A stretch of DNA of 64,000 nt. It comes from an uncultured bacterium (GTDB lineage Bacteria; Desulfobacterota_D; UBA1144; Nemesobacterales; UBA2774). Position 1 is the first letter of the stretch. The number at the start of each line of letters is the position of its first letter. Position numbers and translations under genes: made by a program. The notes beneath the pieces are model-generated. The model was not told the DNA's origin. It searched no databases and worked only from the letters and a program-made list of their open reading frames with translations. The stretch lies in NCBI GenBank assembly GCA_963825135.1, contig CAWGRW010000009.1, positions 960,001 to 1,024,000 on the forward strand, read 5' to 3'. Positions 10,519 through 18,847 of this stretch are shown piece by piece.

Positions 10519-11400
10519 ATGAGCTCCATAACACTCCTCTCCCCCGCAAAGGTCAATCTGACGCTCGAGGTTCTGGGGACAAGGCCCGACGGTTACCACG
10601 ATATCAGGTCGCTCATCCAGCCGGTCGACCTGTTCGACGAGGTGAAGATAGAGACGATCGAAGGCGAAGGAATCTTAATCAGCTCAAGCGGAATAGAGAT
10701 TCCCCAGGGGAAGGACAACCTCGCCTGGCAAGCTGCCGATATGTTTCTCCGGGAAACCGGTTTCGATACAGGCGTAGCGATAACGATAAAAAAGAAAATC
10801 CCGCCCGGCTCGGGACTTGGGGGCGGGAGCAGCAACGCGGCGGCCGTGCTCACGGGGCTAAACAGGATAACGAACGCGTTGCCTGAAGAAACGCTCTTCG
10901 GAATCTCGCCCCGGCTTGGGGCGGACGTGGCTTTTTTCCTGCGGTCTGTCGCGTCGGTAGCGGAGGGCATAGGCGAACGGATAACGGCAATAAAGGATTT
11001 CCCGCTTCTCTACTACGTCATCTTATGTCCGAGCCTCCATGTTTCGACAGTCGACGTTTACAGGAAATGGGACGAGCTGAATGCCGGGATTCCCGGCGAT
11101 AAGCCGCTCCTAGACATCGATGAAACAATAGAGGGGTTCAGGGGAGGAACCGGGGATTTCCCACTCCATAACGACCTGGAGGCGCCCGCATTCAGTTTAT
11201 TCCCGGAGATAAAAGCATTCAAGCAGATACTCTCCTCCCTCGACGTAAAGAACGTCCTCATGACCGGCAGCGGCTCGGCCGTCTTTGCCGCATTCAGGGA
11301 CGAGCTCGAAGCACACGAGATTTACGAATACCTTAAAACGAGCCCCACGTTTCAGGTCTTTTTCGCAACGGGCATCAGGGGATGGCACAGATTGATCTGA
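10519..11400 (+). CDS. ispE: 4-diphosphocytidyl-2-C-methyl-D-erythritol kinase
   Basis: PAKVNLTL, RPDGYH, GSGLGGGSSNAA, MTGSGS. Confidence 0.95.
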   Translation: MSSITLLSPAKVNLTLEVLGTRPDGYHDIRSLIQPVDLFDEVKIETIEGEGILISSSGIEIPQGKDNLAWQAADMFLRETGFDTGVAITIKKKIPPGSGLGGGSSNAAAVLTGLNRITNALPEETLFGISPRLGADVAFFLRSVASVAEGIGERITAIKDFPLLYYVILCPSLHVSTVDVYRKWDELNAGIPGDKPLLDIDETIEGFRGGTGDFPLHNDLEAPAFSLFPEIKAFKQILSSLDVKNVLMTGSGSAVFAAFRDELEAHEIYEYLKTSPTFQVFFATGIRGWHRLI

Positions 11401-11506
11401 TATCCCCCGAGCTGGCTCGGAAGAGTTGCCAGGTTAAATTTTATTATTTGTGTAAAATAGTTATTCCCGGATTGCATATTACTGGCACCGTCAAAGGAGG
11501 ACAGGC

Positions 11507-12034
11507 TTGATATACTCACTCGGAGAACTAAAGGTAGAAATAAAAGGGGACGATTATTACATCGCGGACAACGCGGTCGTAATCGGCGCCGTAATAATCC
11601 ACAACAACGTAAGCATCTGGTATAACGCCGTGATAAGGGGTGATTACGAGCCCATCACCATTCTCGAAGATACCAACATCCAGGACGGTGTAGTCATCCA
11701 CACGGACGCCGGCGTTCCGACGACCATAGGCAGGGGCGTCACGGTCGGCCACCAGGCCATGCTCCACGGGTGCACGATAGGCGACAACAGCCTTATCGGG
11801 ATAAACGCGGTGCTGCTCAACAATTCCCGTATCGGAAAAAATTGCATTGTCGGAGCGAACTGCCTGATAACCCAGGGCAAGGTCATACCCGACAATTCAA
11901 TGGTTCTCGGCTCTCCCGGCAAGGTAGTCAGGGAGGTCACGCCCGCCGAGATAGAGGACCTTAAATCGTCGGCCGGGCACTATGTGAATAATTTCAAAAG
12001 GTTTAAAAAGGAACTGAAACCGCAGGATTTGTAA
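11507..12034 (+). CDS. Gamma carbonic anhydrase family protein
   Basis: NIQDG, VTVGH, LHGC hexapeptide repeats; TTG start with AAGGAGG SD. Confidence 0.9.
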   Translation: MIYSLGELKVEIKGDDYYIADNAVVIGAVIIHNNVSIWYNAVIRGDYEPITILEDTNIQDGVVIHTDAGVPTTIGRGVTVGHQAMLHGCTIGDNSLIGINAVLLNNSRIGKNCIVGANCLITQGKVIPDNSMVLGSPGKVVREVTPAEIEDLKSSAGHYVNNFKRFKKELKPQDL

Positions 12035-12056
12035 TATAGAACAATGAAGCGGGGGC

Positions 12057-13676
12057 TTAATTCTTCCCGTAAAGCTCCTCTATGTATTCTTCCTCTTTCC
12101 CTTCTTCGCGGGGGGCCGAGATTTCCCTGTAGAAATCCTCCCCGTACTCCCTCGTCCTCACCACGACCGGCATCGGGACCGCGTGCCCCAGAATGAGTGC
12201 CTGCTGCTTCGTGTCGAGGCTCGCGAGCACGGACCTGAGACCCGACGTATTGCTCACGCCCGTAAGCACGGACTGGATGTCCTTCTCGTCGTTGAGGAGC
12301 GCTGTGATCCTCGTGCCCACCTGCGAAATCACCTCGTCGTCTATCCCGGACGGCCTCTGATCGACTATCAGCATCGTCACCGAATATTTCCTGAGCTCCC
12401 TCGCTATAGTCCCGAATATGGTCTGCTTCGATGCCTGAGAATTCAGGAACTTGTGCGCCTCCTCGATAGTTATCATGAGCTGCCTCGGCTTGTCCGAGGA
12501 CTCCTTCGTGGCGTGGTATTTCTCCGTCCTGTCTATATAGGTGTCGTGGATTCTTCTCGATATGATGTTCGCTGCGAGCAGGTACGCGAGCGCGCTGTTG
12601 CTCCTGCCGAACTCGAGCACGATGCTTATCCCTCGCCCCAGATGGTCCAGTATCTTCTTGATCGTCCCCTCGCTCCGGGTGCTGTCTTCGACGACGAACG
12701 GGAGCGCCCTTATCCTGTTGAGCTTCCTCCTCATGGCCGAAAGGGACTGCATATGAGTGCCGAGCTCCTTTGAAATGTCAGCGAGCTCCTCTTCTTTCCA
12801 AGACAGGAGCTCGGAGAGCCACCTGTTCCCGTATTTCCTGTATATCGCGAACGCCGACTCAACAGCCGTCGTATTCAGCTGAAGCTCGTCCTGAAGGAGC
12901 GCTATGTCCTCGATGTCGATGTCGTCCAGCGATACGAACGCCTCGACGTCGGGCTTCCGCCCCCGCTTTCTGGTCGATGCGGGATCGAGGGAGAATATGG
13001 CGACCTTCTCCGGGAAGAGCTGCTTCAACCCCTTGACGAACCCCTTCCCGCCCTCGCTCTCTGTCTCCCACCCGTACTCGTTGTGCATGTCGAATATGAG
13101 GTTGACCGCTTTGCCGTACCTGATAACGCCCGCCAGCATCACCCTCGTTAAAAAGGTCTTCCCCGTCCCGCTCTTGCCGAATATGCCGTTACTCCTCTCG
13201 ACGAACCTGTCGAGGTTTATGCAGACCGGTATGTCCATGTCGAGCGGAGTGCCTATGTTGAAATACTTCCCCTTCCTGTCCTCCCTGCCGAATACGGTGC
13301 TCACGTCCCCCTCGGTCGCCTCCGAAACCGCCGCGAAATGCGGGGGTATTGTCTTCACCGGCCTTAGCTCCTCGTCCCCGCGGGATAGCATGAGCATGGG
13401 CCTGAGCTCGATAGTGGCGTAAGCGCTCGTGCCCGAAAGCACGCTCCTCAGGAGCTCCTCTTCCCTGGACGGCGGATTGACCAGTATGTTGGGGGATGAA
13501 GCGTCTAACCTTACGTCGGTGATAAGAGAAAAGAACTCATTGTAGAGCCCGTGGACGACGACGAACTTCCCGGCCTTCACCTCTTCGACGCTTCTCTCCG
13601 GGCTTAGCTTCATTTGAAGCCCTTCGACGAGCGAGCCGCTCGTAATGAGACCGAGATCCTTCACGTCCTGAGCCAT
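12057..13676 (-). CDS. HerA/FtsK-like ATPase (DUF87) with N-terminal HAS-barrel
   Basis: GKSGTGKT, IFDMHNEYG, IEEAHKF, ARELRKY, DQRPS; start at 13676 inferred. Confidence 0.85.
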   Translation of the reverse strand: MAQDVKDLGLITSGSLVEGLQMKLSPERSVEEVKAGKFVVVHGLYNEFFSLITDVRLDASSPNILVNPPSREEELLRSVLSGTSAYATIELRPMLMLSRGDEELRPVKTIPPHFAAVSEATEGDVSTVFGREDRKGKYFNIGTPLDMDIPVCINLDRFVERSNGIFGKSGTGKTFLTRVMLAGVIRYGKAVNLIFDMHNEYGWETESEGGKGFVKGLKQLFPEKVAIFSLDPASTRKRGRKPDVEAFVSLDDIDIEDIALLQDELQLNTTAVESAFAIYRKYGNRWLSELLSWKEEELADISKELGTHMQSLSAMRRKLNRIRALPFVVEDSTRSEGTIKKILDHLGRGISIVLEFGRSNSALAYLLAANIISRRIHDTYIDRTEKYHATKESSDKPRQLMITIEEAHKFLNSQASKQTIFGTIARELRKYSVTMLIVDQRPSGIDDEVISQVGTRITALLNDEKDIQSVLTGVSNTSGLRSVLASLDTKQQALILGHAVPMPVVVRTREYGEDFYREISAPREEGKEEEYIEELYGKN

Positions 13677-13740
13677 ATTGTCAGCATTCAGCATAGCCAA
13701 GCAGGCCGGCTTTAGCAAGAAATCAGGCAATGGAGCACGT

Positions 13741-14301
13741 TCAATTCTTCTCCGTCGCGAGATCGAGCGTCCAGTAGCGGGCCGATTGTCCGTGGAACCT
13801 CCCTTCGGCCGTTCCTACGCCCACGTCCTCGAATGACGGGGTCATCAGTATCTCGCAGTGCTCGGGGGACGCTAAAAAGCTCTCTATGACCTTGGTTTCC
13901 TTGTCGAAACCCACGAGAATATTCTCGCCCCAGTCGCTCGGGTCATAGCCTTCGTTCATCAGCCGGTCGCCCGTGTTGGAGCCGTCCGAGCCCTCGTGGT
14001 CGAAAAACCCGTTCTCCGCCATGTCTATGGAGTGACCGAGCGCGGCGGCCTCGACCCTGTCGTCCCAATTGACCGGCGGAGCCGCGGGGAAGAACGTGTC
14101 CCCGCAGTCCCTCGCCTCGGCCCTCGCTTCGTTGATGAGATCGAGCATAGTGGTCTGGAAATCGCCGGGGGGAGGGGAGCCGGTTGGCGGCGGGGTCGTG
14201 GGCTCAGGCGTGGAATCGCCCCCGCCCTGCCCGCCGTCGCATGCAGTAAAAAGCAGCAGTAAAACTATCAGAATCGCGTTTATAGTCAGTAATTTTTTGA
14301 T
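13741..14301 (-). CDS. CAP/SCP-domain lipoprotein; best start site reads ATC
   Basis: HSIDMA..FFDH, GENI, SPEHC; lipobox FTA-C; SD AAGGAG precedes ATC-AAA-AAA-TTA. Confidence 0.8.
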   Translation of the reverse strand: MKKLLTINAILIVLLLLFTACDGGQGGGDSTPEPTTPPPTGSPPPGDFQTTMLDLINEARAEARDCGDTFFPAAPPVNWDDRVEAAALGHSIDMAENGFFDHEGSDGSNTGDRLMNEGYDPSDWGENILVGFDKETKVIESFLASPEHCEILMTPSFEDVGVGTAEGRFHGQSARYWTLDLATEKN

Positions 14302-14334
14302 CGAAGTATACTCCTTATTTCTGTCCTTTATACC

Positions 14335-14380
14335 GTCACCCTGAGCTTGTCGAAGAACGATTCCGAGCAAGTGAGGAATC
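14335..14380 (+). repeat. REP-like short palindromic element remnants
   Basis: GTCACCCTGAGCTTGTCGAAG and ATTCCGAGCAAGTGAGGAATC resemble widespread intergenic palindromic repeats (recalled, not searched). Confidence 0.45.
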
Positions 14381-14443
14381 GGACGCCCTAGCTAACACTG
14401 TGCTAATGCTAATTAACTTGGCAAGCATGTAACTAGGTTATTC

Positions 14444-14488
14444 TGTCATTGCGGAGAGCGTATTCGGCGACCGCGGCAATCTCATCTT
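14444..14488 (+). repeat. Dispersed palindromic element, copy 1
   Basis: TGTCATTGCG...GCGGCAATCTC(R)TCTT shared with 58671-58714. Confidence 0.7.
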
Positions 14489-14641
14489 TTTCCTTTCCAT
14501 TGCAGCAACGGAGGACGCCCCGGCACATCTAATTTAAGCCTACACAATTATATCCTGCAGTCCCGTCATTACAAAGCTCGATACCCCCTTTCGTTGCTTT
14601 TATGTATCCTTATGATAAATTACAAGCCTGCTTTGAATGAC

Positions 14642-14719
14642 GGCCCCTTCGTCTAGCCTGGCCTAGGACGTAGCCCTCTCAAGGCTAAAACACGGGTTCG
14701 AATCCCGTAGGGGCTACCA
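14642..14719 (+). tRNA. tRNA-Glu (anticodon CTC)
   Basis: Acceptor GGCCCCT/AGGGGCT, anticodon arm TAGCC-CTCTCAA-GGCTA, TTCGAAT T-loop, encoded CCA. Confidence 0.96.
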
Positions 14720-14846
14720 AATGGTTACAATAACTTACAAAACTTTTTATGCTAGCTTGAATTTGCAGGTCAGTGGATTTGTCAGTTAGTCTCTCTGGAA
14801 ATCAAATCGCAAATCTCGGATAACTTTACTCAACGAGGGGGGAAGT

Positions 14847-15323
14847 ATGTATCCGCATGCAACGAGAGTCAATCCTTCGGAAGAGACCATCATGATAGGT
14901 CCGCTAGAGATACGGTTCCTGATCACGGGCGATGATTCCAACGGCAGCGTTTCTGTGTTCGAAGTTCTCGTCCCCGCCGGGCGGAAACTGGCGGCGCCAG
15001 CCCACATGAACGACGCCTTCGAAGAAATCCTCTACGGTATCGAGGGCGTACTTACCTGGACGGTTGACGGCACACCCATCGAGGTTGGTCCCGGGCAGAC
15101 GCTGTGCATCCCAAGAGGCGCAGTGCACCGCTTCGATAACCTCAGCGGCGGGGATGTGAAACAGCTCGCCGTCATAACCCCCGCGATAATGGGCCCCGCG
15201 TACTTCCGTGAAGCTGCCGAAGTAATCGGTGCCGCCGGGGGCGGACCGCCTGACCGCGCGAAGATGTCGGACGTCTTCCGGCGTCATGGCATGACAGTAG
15301 CCGCTCCCCCGCCTGTTAAGTAG
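14847..15323 (+). CDS. Cupin domain protein (quercetin dioxygenase-like fold)
   Basis: PAHMNDAFEE..YGIEG and GPGQTLCIPRGAVHRF cupin motifs. Confidence 0.85.
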   Translation: MYPHATRVNPSEETIMIGPLEIRFLITGDDSNGSVSVFEVLVPAGRKLAAPAHMNDAFEEILYGIEGVLTWTVDGTPIEVGPGQTLCIPRGAVHRFDNLSGGDVKQLAVITPAIMGPAYFREAAEVIGAAGGGPPDRAKMSDVFRRHGMTVAAPPPVK

Positions 15324-15367
15324 CAAGCGGCTGGTTTGGTTTCTCACCCCCCCCGCGCCAAGTTGAA

Positions 15368-15409
15368 TCAAGGCTAAAACACGGGTTCGAATCCCGTAGG
15401 GGCTACCAA
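15368..15409 (+). repeat. att-like perfect copy of the tRNA-Glu 3' end
   Basis: TCAAGGCTAAAACACGGGTTCGAATCCCGTAGGGGCTACCAA, 42/42 identical. Confidence 0.95.
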
Positions 15410-15498
15410 CCGCCTGCATTTATCCAACATCCATCCCGATAGACTCCGACGATCCTCTTGATGTATATTTAGGGCATCACAATATGCGAGGATGGACG

Positions 15499-16092
15499 AT
15501 GAAATACAGCTATTTATTCCTGACTGCCGTTCTTATGATTCTTGTCACCCCTTTAACATCCGTCACCGCCGACCCCGCTGATACATCAAGCTCAGGCGCA
15601 GATGAAGTTATAGTCGGCAAGGAAGGTGCCGACAAAATAGATTCGGGTGAAGGTAACGATAATATCGCGGGAAAGGGCGGGAACGATTTCATCGAGGCCG
15701 GTGAGGGGGAGGATCTCGTTTCGGGCGGCGCAGGGGATGATAAGATACGGGGCGGACCGGGCGATGACTATATAATGGGGAACGACGGCAACGATACGGT
15801 TGACGACGGGCCCGGCAGCGACTTCATCAACCTCGGCAAGGGGAACGACATCCTCGTTTATTATCTCGACAACAATAAAGGGTATACGGATTACGCCGTC
15901 GGCGGTGAGGGTGACGATACCCTCGTGATCGTGTCGGACAACCTTAACGATATGATGAAAAACGACATTCTCAAGTATTACGAGGAGCAGAACATGATAG
16001 GCACAGACGTCGCCCATCTAGGTAAATTCAACGTTTCTCTGGGAGTGAGTGAATTCGAGCACGTCGTATTTGCGACCGGTTTTGCATTCTAA
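15499..16092 (+). CDS. Secreted calcium-binding protein with RTX/hemolysin-type GGxGxD repeats
   Basis: Signal peptide followed by about ten nonapeptide repeats (GGAGDDKIR, GGPGDDYIM). Confidence 0.85.
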   Translation: MKYSYLFLTAVLMILVTPLTSVTADPADTSSSGADEVIVGKEGADKIDSGEGNDNIAGKGGNDFIEAGEGEDLVSGGAGDDKIRGGPGDDYIMGNDGNDTVDDGPGSDFINLGKGNDILVYYLDNNKGYTDYAVGGEGDDTLVIVSDNLNDMMKNDILKYYEEQNMIGTDVAHLGKFNVSLGVSEFEHVVFATGFAF

Positions 16093-16343
16093 AACAGGAT
16101 TTCCCCGTAGATGCGAGATCGATTCTTCGACATATTCACAGTCCGCTGATACCAATCCCGACGGCGCCGGGTCGGCAAACTCAAGGCGAAACCCGCAGCG
16201 GCCGCAGGTTCGTCTATAATCCTCCTCCCGTTATTAACCACGATTATCCGTGTAAGATGTTATTTTGACGGCTGAATCCCGAACACGGCGGATTGACATC
16301 CGTACAAGAAAGAATCTATAAATAAGTCAGGGGCTCTGAGTTC

Positions 16344-17963
16344 ATGGACAAAATCCTGATTATAATTCAGGTCGCGGGCGGCATCGGTATATTTCTCCTG
16401 GGCATGATCGTAATGACGGACGGGCTCCGCTCGCTCGCGGGTCACGCGATGCGCTCCGTGTTGATGCGTTTTACGAAGAGCCCGCTGACAGGCGCACTGA
16501 CAGGGGCTATAAGCACCGCAATACTTCAGGCCTCCGGCATTACAACGGTTGCTGCAATAGGTTTCGTGGGCGCCGGATTAATAACCTTCCCGGAATCCCT
16601 CGGCATTATCTTCGGGGCAAATATCGGCACCACATTTAAAGGCTGGATCATTGCGCTTCTGGGATTCAAGCTCAGCCTTGAAAATGTATTTTTACCTATC
16701 GTATTCGTAGGAGCTATTCTCCGCCTTTTTTCAAAGGGGCGTCTGGCGACTATCGGATATTCGATTGCGGGCTTCGGCCTCGTATTCGTGGGTCTTACGT
16801 TCATGCAGGAATCGATGAGTGAACTGCACGGTTTTGTTTCGTTTGAAAACTTACCCGCCGATACGCTCTCCGGCCGGTTGTTGCTGGTCGCTCTTGGATT
16901 AGTATTTACAGTTATCACGCAATCATCGAGCGCGGGCGTTGCGGCGGCCCTGACGGCACTATTTGCGAATATAATCAATTTCAACCAGGCCGCCGCTCTT
17001 GTAATCGGAATGGATCTTGGCACGACATCCACAGCGGCCATAGCGACAATCGGCGGTTCAGTGGGAGTGAAAAGAACCGGTTTTTCCCATGTTATATTCA
17101 ACCTTTTGACCGCATTATTGGCCCTTTTATTAATAAATCCATTCACCTGGGTTTGGAATTATTTCTCTCCGGGCGAGCTGATCAAAAACGCGGAAATCGC
17201 GCTTGTCGCGTTTCATACCTGCTTTAACACACTGGGCGTAATCATAATACTGCCGTTCACCGGCCAGTTCGCCGGATTTATGGAAAGGTTAATTCCCGAA
17301 AAGGTTTCCGTCTATACACTAAGACTGGACGATGTTTTATTGGAAGATACGGATCTCGCGCTCGACGCCGTGCAATCGACCGTCAGCACGCTGTCTATCG
17401 CGCTGTTCTCGCATGTAAATGCGATCCTCGGGGATACGGAAAGGGGCGCAAGGGCCGATCTCGGCGAGCTTCAATCCGCGCTCAACGAAACTCATACGTT
17501 CGTCGATGGTATCAAACCCGGGTCGTCACAGGGAGCGGAATGGGAGCGGTTATTACATATGTTTCACGCGCTCGACCACTTGCAGCGGCTTCATGAAAGG
17601 TGCGAGGAGGACGAGTATCGCGCTATAACCGCGAGCGGCACGGAGGAGCTCGCGGAGGAATGCGCCATACTGAAAGATGGTATAAGAACAATCGTCGGCG
17701 ATATTGAAGCCAACGACTGGCTCAAGGCCGCCGACAAAGCAAAAGACGCCGCCGCTAAGATACACGTCAAGGTCGGACCTTACAGAAGGAACGTGATAGC
17801 CGGCATAGCCAACGGCACTTTCGATGTATATGCCGGCACCGGGAAGCTCGAAGCGATCAGATGGTTAAGACGAGTCAGCAAGCACATCGCAAGGATAGCG
17901 GAACACGTTAATCTGTCTGTGCCTGCCGCCGGGAAGCCGTCTCAACAACACACACAAACATAA
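16344..17963 (+). CDS. Na/Pi cotransporter family protein
   Basis: GGIGIFLLGM, GANIGTT, TQSSSA, GMDLGTT; helical C-terminal domain. Confidence 0.9.
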   Translation: MDKILIIIQVAGGIGIFLLGMIVMTDGLRSLAGHAMRSVLMRFTKSPLTGALTGAISTAILQASGITTVAAIGFVGAGLITFPESLGIIFGANIGTTFKGWIIALLGFKLSLENVFLPIVFVGAILRLFSKGRLATIGYSIAGFGLVFVGLTFMQESMSELHGFVSFENLPADTLSGRLLLVALGLVFTVITQSSSAGVAAALTALFANIINFNQAAALVIGMDLGTTSTAAIATIGGSVGVKRTGFSHVIFNLLTALLALLLINPFTWVWNYFSPGELIKNAEIALVAFHTCFNTLGVIIILPFTGQFAGFMERLIPEKVSVYTLRLDDVLLEDTDLALDAVQSTVSTLSIALFSHVNAILGDTERGARADLGELQSALNETHTFVDGIKPGSSQGAEWERLLHMFHALDHLQRLHERCEEDEYRAITASGTEELAEECAILKDGIRTIVGDIEANDWLKAADKAKDAAAKIHVKVGPYRRNVIAGIANGTFDVYAGTGKLEAIRWLRRVSKHIARIAEHVNLSVPAAGKPSQQHTQT

Positions 17964-17971
17964 AGAGAACA

Positions 17972-17994
17972 GTTCGAATCCCGTAAGGGCTGCC
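17972..17994 (+). repeat. Degenerate att-like copy of the tRNA-Glu 3' end
   Basis: GTTCGAATCCCGTAAGGGCTGCC matches 14696-14718 at 21/23. Confidence 0.8.
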
Positions 17995-18304
17995 GGGCAT
18001 TTGCCGGATTAACCTAATCTATTGTAATTTCTGTATATTTATAAATCCGCATTTCTGATCCCGGTCTCAGCGAAAACATATTGACACTAAAATCTAACGG
18101 CACTACAATTGGAATTGCAGAAAGGATAGAAGGGCGATTGGCGAGAGTGAAGGCGGGCGTGAAAAACCTGCAAGGCGCGTCGGGGAGTCCGGCGTGCGCA
18201 GCCGATTCCGGTGAATTTGAGTTCTATCGCAAAGTCTGGGCCGATCGTGTTGATCGAACCGGCGGGGAATGCGGCGCTTCCCCCTGCCCGAACTAATACA
18301 TCAT

Positions 18305-18635
18305 ATGCGTAAGTCACACATTACAAGAAGGGAGTTTCTAATATTGAGCGGCGCTGTTACCGCGGCGTCGCTGATTACCGTCAGCTGTGACAGCGGGTCC
18401 GGGTCTGGCGGCGCTAAGACCGTCTACAAACTGTCCCTCAGGGGACGAAGGGGGTCAAACGCCGCGAAGAATCACGATGCCAACTTTCTATTTGCGACTA
18501 CGAGAAGCAGCTGACCAGAACAGGGCCCATCCCGGGGACAATTCGCATATAGTCACCTTACCCATCAGCAAGGCCAGGTTTAACCAGCTTTTTAATAACG
18601 GCAATACTGCAGTAGCCGACCTCAGAAATTTCTGA
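18305..18635 (+). pseudogene. Frameshifted small Tat-signal lipoprotein
   Basis: TRREFL..TVS-C; NFLFAT continues as EAADQNRAHPGD in another frame after one extra base near 18503. Confidence 0.65.
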
Positions 18636-18847
18636 ATTTTTTCCTTACCGGATAAAGCTCGTCCGCAAAAGAAAGCGCTCTTCAGAGCATTCCGGAGAAC
18701 TGCAGCTGTAGAAGAATATGACCGGCTGATCCTGGAAAACACGAAATTAAACCTCAATGCAAACGATATAAATATCTCAGAGAGGGACAACAAAAAAAAC
18801 AGACACATGTCATTAACAAATATGACGAGACCACTTTGATTAGACGA

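Larger units (their letters stand above)
14679..15409. mobile_element. Mini genomic island (about 0.69 kb, one gene) between 42-bp direct repeats of the tRNA-Glu 3' end; no integrase
   Basis: 14679-14720 is identical to 15368-15409. Confidence 0.75.

Noticed and set aside
12057..13730. HerA ATPase as an anti-phage system
   Set aside because: No partner nuclease, SIR2 or DUF4297 gene is adjacent; it fits a housekeeping HerA with an unlinked NurA.
15368..15409. Second tRNA-Glu gene
   Set aside because: Lacks the 5' acceptor strand and D arm; it is only a 3' fragment.
18640..18840. GtrA-like remnant downstream of the GT-C gene
   Set aside because: Only a hydrophobic stretch ending FVFS; insufficient evidence.
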